A stretch of 64,000 bases of DNA, from the NCBI GenBank assembly GCA_965249725.1, contig CBDFMQ010000002.1, positions 2,304,001 to 2,368,000 of the forward strand, read 5' to 3'. A program made the position numbers and the translations under genes. Source of the DNA: Longimicrobiales bacterium. GTDB lineage: Bacteria > Gemmatimonadota > Gemmatimonadetes > Longimicrobiales > Gaopeijiaceae. How positions within the stretch are numbered: the stretch's first letter is position 1; each line of letters opens with the position of its first letter. The notes under the pieces were generated by a model, which searched no databases, had not been told where the DNA came from, and worked only from the letters and a program-made list of their open reading frames with translations. Shown in pieces: positions 57,407 through 64,000 of this stretch.

Positions 57407-60292
57407 TTAGCCGGGCTCCGACCCTGCGCCGTTCATGAGCGGCCGGAGATAGTGCCCCGTGTACGAATCCGGCTCCTCGGCGACCCGCTCCGGTGGGCCC
57501 TCCACAACGATACGGCCCCCGCCCCCGCCGCCTTCAGGTCCCAGGTCGATGATCCAGTCCGCAGTCTTGATGACCTCGAGATTGTGCTCGATGACGACCA
57601 CGGTGTTTCCCCGCTCCACGAGTTGATGAAGCACGTCGAGCAGCACCCGAACATCCTCGAAGTGGAGCCCGGTCGTGGGCTCGTCCAGAATGTACAGCGT
57701 GCTCCCCGTGGCTCTCTTCGAGAGTTCGGTGGCGAGTTTGACTCTTTGGGCCTCTCCGCCCGACAGAGTCGTGGCGGACTGGCCGAGGTGGATGTAGCCG
57801 AGGCCCACGTCGTCGAGAGTTCGCAACTTCTCCCTCAAGCGAGGGACCGCCTGGAAGAAGTCGAGCGCCTCGGTCACCATCATGTCCAGGACGTCCGCGA
57901 TGTTCTTGCCCTTGTAGTAGACGTCCAGCGTCTCGCGATTGTAACGCCGGCCCCGGCACACGTCGCACGGCACGTAGACGTCCGGCAAGAAGTGCATCTC
58001 GATCTTCACGAGCCCATCACCCGAGCAAGCCTCGCAGCGCCCCCCCTTCACATTGAAGGAGAAACGGCCGGGAGCGTAGCCCCTGATCTGAGACTCGGGC
58101 AGGTTGGAGAAGAGCTCCCGCATCGGCGTGAACAGCCCCGTGTAGGTAGCCGGATTCGACCGGGGCGTACGGCCGATCGGCGACTGATCCACCTCGATCA
58201 CCTTGTCGATGCTCTCCAGGCCGTCGAGCCCGTCGTGCCCACCGGGCACGACCTTGCTCCGGTAGAGATGCCTCGCCAGAACCCGGTACAGGGTCTGGTT
58301 GATCAGGGTCGACTTGCCCGATCCGCTCACCCCGGTCACTGCTACGAAACACCCCAGTGGGATGCTCACGTCCAGATCCTGCAGATTGTGCTCACGGGCT
58401 CCCCTCAGACGGAGTACCCGGTCCTGATCCACCTCTCGGCGCGTCTCGGGGACCGGAATCTGACGTTCGCGCGACAGGTAGGCCCCCGTGAGGGACCCCT
58501 TCACCTTCAGCACGTCCTTCAACGATCCCTCGGCAACCACGTACCCGCCGGCTCTCCCGGCTCCCGGTCCAAGGTCGACGATGTAGTCGGCCGCGCGGAT
58601 GGTCTCCTCGTCGTGCTCTACGACGATCACCGTGTTCCCCAGATCGCGCAGCGCCTGGAGCGTGCCCAAGAGGCGCTGGTTGTCTCTCTGGTGGAGACCC
58701 ACGGAGGGCTCGTCGAGTATGTAAAGCACTCCCACCAGGCGGCTCCCAATCTGCGTGGCCAGACGAATACGTTGCGACTCCCCGCCGGAAAGGGAGTCGG
58801 CGGAGCGCCCCAACGTCAGGTAGGTCAGGCCCACGTTGACGAGAAAGCCCAGCCGCTCGGTGACTTCTTTCAGAATGGGCCCGGCGATGTCTCCGTTGAG
58901 AACGTGCTGATCCGGACCGCTGCCCACCGGCTCGTCGACCGGCAATCCCTCGAAAAACTCCAAGGCCTCGGAGATCGACAGGCCGACGATGTCGCGCAGC
59001 GACTTTCCCGCCACGGTGACGGCACGCGACTCGACCCGCAGCCTGCTCCCGGCACACGCGGTGCAGGGCAGCGTCGACATGTACTCGTCGAGCTGTCCCC
59101 TGACGGCCTCGGAGCGAGTCTCCTTGAAGCGCTTCTCGACGTTGGCCACCACCCCGGTCCATGCGTCCTCGTAGTAGCCCTTCGACTTTCCGGTGCCGGT
59201 CTGGTAGGGGAAGCGGATCTTCATGCGGCCCGAACCGTGCAGGATCGCTTCACGAGCCTCTTCGGGCAGATCGTGCCATGCCGTCTTGGGATCGAACTCA
59301 TAGGCCTCGGAGAGCCCCGCGATCACCGATTTGCGGAGATGGCCCGAGGGTTCACCCCACGGAAGCACCACACCCTCGAGAAGAGAGAGGCTCCCGTCCG
59401 CCAAAAGCAGGTCGGGGTTCACGTCCTTGCAGGTCCCGAGCCCTCCGCATGCCTCACAAGCCCCGTAGGGTGAGTTGAAGGAGAACTGCCGCGGCTCCAT
59501 CTCGGGCAGGCTCGTGTGGCAATGGGCACAGGAGTAGTGCTCGCTGAAGAGATGTGGGACCCTCTTGCGGCCCTTCCGCTCTACGACTTCCAATATCCCG
59601 TCTGCTGCCCGCAGAGCTGTTTCTACGGAGTCCGAGAGTCGATCCCGGTCCTCTTCCTTGATGACCAGACGGTCTACGACGATCGCGATGTCATGGTTCT
59701 CGTAGCGACTCAGCCTGGGCGGCTCCCCCAGATCGATGGTCTGGCCGTCGACCACGGCTCGAACGAACCCTTCCTTGCGAGCCTTCTCGAACAGCTCGCG
59801 GAACTCGCCCTTTCGCCCGCGCACCAGCGGGGCCAGAACCTCGATCTTCGTCCCCTCCCCCAAGGTCAGCAGTCGCTGAACGATCTGGGATGCGGACTGG
59901 CGAATCACCGGCCGACCGCACTCGGGACAGTGTGGCACGCCCACGCGGGCCCAAAGAAGCCTCAGGTAGTCGTAGACCTCCGTGACGGTCCCTACGGTCG
60001 ATCGGGGATTCCGGCTTACCGTCTTCTGCTCGATCGAGATGGCCGGGGAGAGGCCCTCGATGGCGTCCACGTCCGGCTTCTCCATAAGGCCCAGGAACTG
60101 TCGGGCGTAGGCAGAAAGCGACTCCACATAGCGTCGCTGGCCCTCCGCGTAGATGGTGTCGAACGCTAAGGAGGACTTACCCGACCCGGAGAGCCCGGTG
60201 ATGACCACGAGTCCCCCGCGCGGGAGCTCCACTGAGATGTTTCGGAGGTTGTGCTCGCGGGCACCGCGGACGATCAGAGATTCTCGAGCCAT
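57407..60292 (-). CDS. uvrA: Excinuclease ABC subunit A
   Basis: GAREHNL, GLSGSGKSS, two ABC domains, zinc fingers. Confidence 0.98.
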   Translation of the reverse strand: MARESLIVRGAREHNLRNISVELPRGGLVVITGLSGSGKSSLAFDTIYAEGQRRYVESLSAYARQFLGLMEKPDVDAIEGLSPAISIEQKTVSRNPRSTVGTVTEVYDYLRLLWARVGVPHCPECGRPVIRQSASQIVQRLLTLGEGTKIEVLAPLVRGRKGEFRELFEKARKEGFVRAVVDGQTIDLGEPPRLSRYENHDIAIVVDRLVIKEEDRDRLSDSVETALRAADGILEVVERKGRKRVPHLFSEHYSCAHCHTSLPEMEPRQFSFNSPYGACEACGGLGTCKDVNPDLLLADGSLSLLEGVVLPWGEPSGHLRKSVIAGLSEAYEFDPKTAWHDLPEEAREAILHGSGRMKIRFPYQTGTGKSKGYYEDAWTGVVANVEKRFKETRSEAVRGQLDEYMSTLPCTACAGSRLRVESRAVTVAGKSLRDIVGLSISEALEFFEGLPVDEPVGSGPDQHVLNGDIAGPILKEVTERLGFLVNVGLTYLTLGRSADSLSGGESQRIRLATQIGSRLVGVLYILDEPSVGLHQRDNQRLLGTLQALRDLGNTVIVVEHDEETIRAADYIVDLGPGAGRAGGYVVAEGSLKDVLKVKGSLTGAYLSRERQIPVPETRREVDQDRVLRLRGAREHNLQDLDVSIPLGCFVAVTGVSGSGKSTLINQTLYRVLARHLYRSKVVPGGHDGLDGLESIDKVIEVDQSPIGRTPRSNPATYTGLFTPMRELFSNLPESQIRGYAPGRFSFNVKGGRCEACSGDGLVKIEMHFLPDVYVPCDVCRGRRYNRETLDVYYKGKNIADVLDMMVTEALDFFQAVPRLREKLRTLDDVGLGYIHLGQSATTLSGGEAQRVKLATELSKRATGSTLYILDEPTTGLHFEDVRVLLDVLHQLVERGNTVVVIEHNLEVIKTADWIIDLGPEGGGGGGRIVVEGPPERVAEEPDSYTGHYLRPLMNGAGSEPG

Positions 60293-60346
60293 AGCCTTGA
60301 AGGATACCAAAGACGCGGCTTCGGCTCAAAGGGGGGGTACTCAGCG

Positions 60347-60733
60347 CTACTCGCGATCCGAAAAATGAGCGAAGGTGACGGCGTTGCCGCCGGGCTCGCG
60401 CACGCTGATCTCGTCGGCGCCGTAAAACGTCGTGCGCCTCGGAACGATCACCTCGGCACCCTCTACCGCGGCGGCCACAGCCTCCAGATCACCCACCTGG
60501 ATGAAGAGGAAGGCCCCACCCATGGGAGTATCGGCCAAGGCGGGCACATCGTTCTCGACGCTGGTCCGGGTCTGGTACATGACCTCGACCGCCTCCTTCC
60601 GGAGTATCACGAATCCCAGTCGATCACCCTCGGGGACCTCGGCCATCACCTCGAATCCGAGGCGTGTCCAAAAGTCCAGCGCAGGCTCGATCTCCTCCAC
60701 ATACAACACCGGGGTCACACTCTTCATCTGCAT
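60347..60733 (-). CDS. VOC/glyoxalase family protein
   Basis: GGAGG RBS; TPVLYV...ALDFW..LGF...TFYGA.E...EPGGN. Confidence 0.85.
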   Translation of the reverse strand: MQMKSVTPVLYVEEIEPALDFWTRLGFEVMAEVPEGDRLGFVILRKEAVEVMYQTRTSVENDVPALADTPMGGAFLFIQVGDLEAVAAAVEGAEVIVPRRTTFYGADEISVREPGGNAVTFAHFSDRE

Positions 60734-60816
60734 CGACGTTCCTCCTGTTCTATGCCGCAGTTCAGTTCTGTGGAATGGGAAGCTAACGCGCGGGTGGAAG
60801 ACGGCGCTCGAACGGC

Positions 60817-63800
60817 CTAGTACGCCCACTCCCGGAAAATGAACAGTCCGAGACCCTTCTCGTTCTGAATCCCCAACTCCCCGAATCCAACGACGCGGCC
60901 CCGGAAGAAGCGATCCTCGAAGAATGACTCGACCGTAAAGGCGTTCGAGGCCACCCACTCGAAACGGATGCCAGCGAATTGGCTCCCGGTGCCCTGACTG
61001 GAGAGCGGCCTGAGAAGCAGCGTCACGAAGAAGTCCTCGGCGAGGTAGAAGCCCGTCTCCACGACGGTGGTGCCCAATGTGCCGCGCAGGCTCGCGTCTC
61101 CGAGGGCCCCCAGGTCCTGTTGCGTGATCGTCAGGTAGTCCACGCCCAGTTCCTGGGCCACGGCCGATCCGAGTCGATTGCTGAACGTGCTGAGACCGAG
61201 CGTCACGCCCGAGCCCAGCAGGGCGCCGGCGGCCCCCAGCGCCTGAGTCTGCCCGGACGTCAACGCATATGTGGGCCGCCCGAAGTAGAGATAGCTGAGC
61301 AGGTCGTCTTCGGTGACACCCGCCTGATCACTCGTGAGCCCGATCCTGGGTGAGACCAGAGTACCCGTCACGGCCGCGGTGATGGTAAAGCGATCTCCTT
61401 GGGCTGAGCGGACGCGATTGCTCGCCTGGATATTCAGATCGGGGTTGATTCCCGGCGTTCCAAGGAACCGCATGGTACCGCCGTCCACCTGGAACTGACG
61501 GCCGAAGGCCCCGTACGATCCACGTACGGCCTCCAGCGTCCCCACCATGGCCAGGTCCTGCGTGAGCCGGTCATAGAGCACCTGGAGCTCACCGTCGAGC
61601 TCGACGTCCATGCGGTCGCTACGGATCCAGCTGTTCCGCTGCACCGTCAGGGTCATGTTCTCCATGCGGATGTTCCGCAGGAACGGGTTCTGCCCGGCCA
61701 ACAGCGGACGGAGGTCGACAACCGTGGTGTCCACAACCTCGTAGAAAGCGGGGTCGGAGAGGTCCACGATCTCGGCGGCGCGCTGGAATTCCTCTACGAA
61801 GAGCGTGCCCTCGTCCACCAGGAGATTCCCGGAAACCACGGGGCGTCGATAAGAACCCTCGACGCGGAAATCACCACTCAACCGGCCGGTGACATCCTGC
61901 CGATCCATGCCCTGGAAGGCATCGAGGCTCACCGCCAAGTCGAATCCCGGGTCGGACGCGGGAGCCAGGGTCACAGTCCCCAGCACGTTCGCCGTCCCCA
62001 GAGCGCTGACGCTACCATCGACCTCCACTCGACCGTCGGGGAACCAGTCCAGCGTACCGTTCATGTCTCGGTGACGGACCCCGAGTCCGCGAAGGAACGC
62101 ACCGCCGCCAGAGATGACGAGTTGCCCGCTGGGGGCCAGGCTCTCCGTTGTGCCTCCGAGTTCCACTCGCCCGGAAAGTGTTCCCTCGACCTCCTGGTAG
62201 CTCTCGAACGGGGCCATCAGCAGGGAGAGGGGTAGTTCCTGAGACCCGACCACGAGATCGATCGGCTCGTCGGGGATCCGGTCGGGCACCGTATGGAAGG
62301 CCAGATCCAGGGGAAGCTCGCCGCTCACCGTCAGGACCTGGATCGAGTCCTTCCAGAGCTCGATCCCACCCACGGCGGCGCGGTCCTCATAGTCCCAGGC
62401 CCCAACCAGTCGCTCGAAGTCATAGTCCCGGAAACGGAAGTCCGCGGCTGAGAGCGTTCCCGCCATGATCGGCTCTTGGTCACTACCGGCGACCTCGAGC
62501 TCCACGTTCACCATACCTTCAAGGCGCTCGTTCATCTGGAGCACGTGGGCGATACGGCCGACATCGAGACCCTGAACGCTGAGATCGAAGTCCGCCTCAC
62601 CCCGGAACGGCAGGCGGCCCTGGGCCCGAAGGCGCATCCCGCCGACCCCTGGGCGGATCAACCGCAGGTCCCGGAAGGTGAGCCCGTCCGGATCCCACGC
62701 GATGGTAGCGGGCCCCCCGAGATTCCAGCGCTCGTCGGGAAAGCGCAGCACCAGTTCGTCGAGGTGGAGGGTCCGCACAGCGTCTTCTTGCTCGAACGCC
62801 ACCCGGGCTTGGTAGCTCTCCTCTTCCGAATGAACTACGAAGAGGTTCATCCGACCTCGAGGCTCCTGGTACTCCAAGCGGACGGAGACGGAGTCGAAGA
62901 CCCGATCGAAGACACGAATCTCGTCCGCGTCGATATCCGCCTCGAAGGCTCGCTCGGGCGATAGCAAGCCACTGGCCGAGAAGGACACCGCGGCATCTCC
63001 CAATCGGCTGTCGCCGTAGCGTCCGTCCTCCAGTCGAGCCTGTCCTCTGACGTCGAGGTCCTCCAGGGAGCCTCCGATCGTCAGGCCCCCATCCATACGC
63101 CCCGACACGAATACCTGGGCCAGCGTCGGCAAGGTGTCGGGATCGATGTCCTCAAGCGCCAAGATGCTGAGCTCGAGTGCGGAGAGCGTGTCGCGGGCGA
63201 TGACGTCGGGGCCCAAGACGAGCGGACGGAGTCCCTCCAGATTCTCCGTTTCGAACTGGATCTGGAGCTCTTCGGTGGATCCGCTGCCAGCCATCGCGAG
63301 GCGGCCCGCTCCCTGCACCTCCACGCCGCCGATGACGCTCTGGAGGGTGTCCACCGTGAGTATCCCCTCAGAGATCCGGAGTCGGACCGCGGCCGTGTCC
63401 ACATCCAGATGGGCGAAGCGAGACGCCCTCAGCTGCACGTCACCCGACAGTTCCGCTGTCCGCAGAGAGCCGCCCTCCCCCCTTAGGTCCAGGGAACCCG
63501 AGAAGACGGTGCCCTCCGGGAGTGCGGGAAGGACCTCGGGTAGATCGAAGTCACGGGACTCGCCAAGGAGACGATACGAGGTCAGCGGCGACCGAACGTC
63601 GAAGCGACTCTCCAAAGTGAGCGCGCCACCGCCCGTGGTCAGATCCGTCTTCAACGCCATGGCCGACAGGGGCCCTTCGGCCTCGACGGTCCCGCGAGCG
63701 ACCCCCAGTCGGGACAGGGGCGACTCCTCGCCAAAGAGACCCGCGATGGATAGCGGCTCGAGATCACCTTCGAGGGACACGAACACGTCGCCTTCCACGT

Positions 63801-63999
63801 CGGTCAGGCTACCCTCAACCGTGATGTGGGACTCCTCCGACTGGGGGTCCGGATAGGTCGCGTCCAGGGCCACCTGGACGCCTTGATCCATGCGCCCGTC
63901 CGCTCTGATGTCGAGGCGCATCGCGCCGTCCAATTGAAGGCCTTCCGCGAACCGGTTGGCCAGACCCAGATCGATCGGCGTGAACCGCGCATGCAGGTC
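60817..63999 (-). CDS. tamB: TamB/AsmA-like translocation and assembly module protein (5' partial)
   Basis: Long beta-taco-like ORF open to the window edge; C-terminal DUF490-like G.Y...GR.F...G...F.G...NP.L...VTGT...P. Confidence 0.85.
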   Translation of the reverse strand, partial: DLHARFTPIDLGLANRFAEGLQLDGAMRLDIRADGRMDQGVQVALDATYPDPQSEESHITVEGSLTDVEGDVFVSLEGDLEPLSIAGLFGEESPLSRLGVARGTVEAEGPLSAMALKTDLTTGGGALTLESRFDVRSPLTSYRLLGESRDFDLPEVLPALPEGTVFSGSLDLRGEGGSLRTAELSGDVQLRASRFAHLDVDTAAVRLRISEGILTVDTLQSVIGGVEVQGAGRLAMAGSGSTEELQIQFETENLEGLRPLVLGPDVIARDTLSALELSILALEDIDPDTLPTLAQVFVSGRMDGGLTIGGSLEDLDVRGQARLEDGRYGDSRLGDAAVSFSASGLLSPERAFEADIDADEIRVFDRVFDSVSVRLEYQEPRGRMNLFVVHSEEESYQARVAFEQEDAVRTLHLDELVLRFPDERWNLGGPATIAWDPDGLTFRDLRLIRPGVGGMRLRAQGRLPFRGEADFDLSVQGLDVGRIAHVLQMNERLEGMVNVELEVAGSDQEPIMAGTLSAADFRFRDYDFERLVGAWDYEDRAAVGGIELWKDSIQVLTVSGELPLDLAFHTVPDRIPDEPIDLVVGSQELPLSLLMAPFESYQEVEGTLSGRVELGGTTESLAPSGQLVISGGGAFLRGLGVRHRDMNGTLDWFPDGRVEVDGSVSALGTANVLGTVTLAPASDPGFDLAVSLDAFQGMDRQDVTGRLSGDFRVEGSYRRPVVSGNLLVDEGTLFVEEFQRAAEIVDLSDPAFYEVVDTTVVDLRPLLAGQNPFLRNIRMENMTLTVQRNSWIRSDRMDVELDGELQVLYDRLTQDLAMVGTLEAVRGSYGAFGRQFQVDGGTMRFLGTPGINPDLNIQASNRVRSAQGDRFTITAAVTGTLVSPRIGLTSDQAGVTEDDLLSYLYFGRPTYALTSGQTQALGAAGALLGSGVTLGLSTFSNRLGSAVAQELGVDYLTITQQDLGALGDASLRGTLGTTVVETGFYLAEDFFVTLLLRPLSSQGTGSQFAGIRFEWVASNAFTVESFFEDRFFRGRVVGFGELGIQNEKGLGLFIFREWAY

Positions 64000-64000
64000 A

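Noticed and set aside
57404..59473. 689-aa ORF antisense to uvrA, and similar long antisense ORFs over ffh, trpS, dapA and the IS
   Set aside because: Typical high-GC antisense shadows with no recognisable motifs.

Overview
High-GC bacterial chromosome segment; the gene style suggests Gemmatimonadota, which is an inference. (1) 1-15.7 kb is a decaying accessory island downstream of a minus-strand tRNA-Lys(TTT). It holds a BlaI/M56 regulatory pair split by an IS3-family element, an excisionase-primase remnant, a duplicated 110-bp att-arm-like block, pseudogenes, and a cluster of degenerate attC-like sites flanking single genes with no integrase in view. (2) 16.0-20.3 kb is a tight four-gene operon: ArsM-type methyltransferase, radical SAM enzyme, Cys-rich metallophosphoesterase and FAD oxidoreductase. 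It looks more like organoarsenical biosynthesis or tailoring than resistance. (3) 20.4-27.0 kb holds three predicted lipoproteins with unrelated N-terminal domains. All carry a Lys-Ser-X repeat tract (DKSAKSGKSDKS...) inside a C-terminal domain, resembling diatom silaffin KXXK motifs. (4) 27-64 kb is core genome: ffh-rpsP-rimM-trmD-rplS-rnhB, purA, a patatin-Omp85 protein, a PilT-family ATPase, trpS, asd-lysC-dapA-dapD, a peptidoglycan-salvage cluster, dat, pspA, uvrA and a partial tamB. All calls come from reading motifs by eye; no searches were run.
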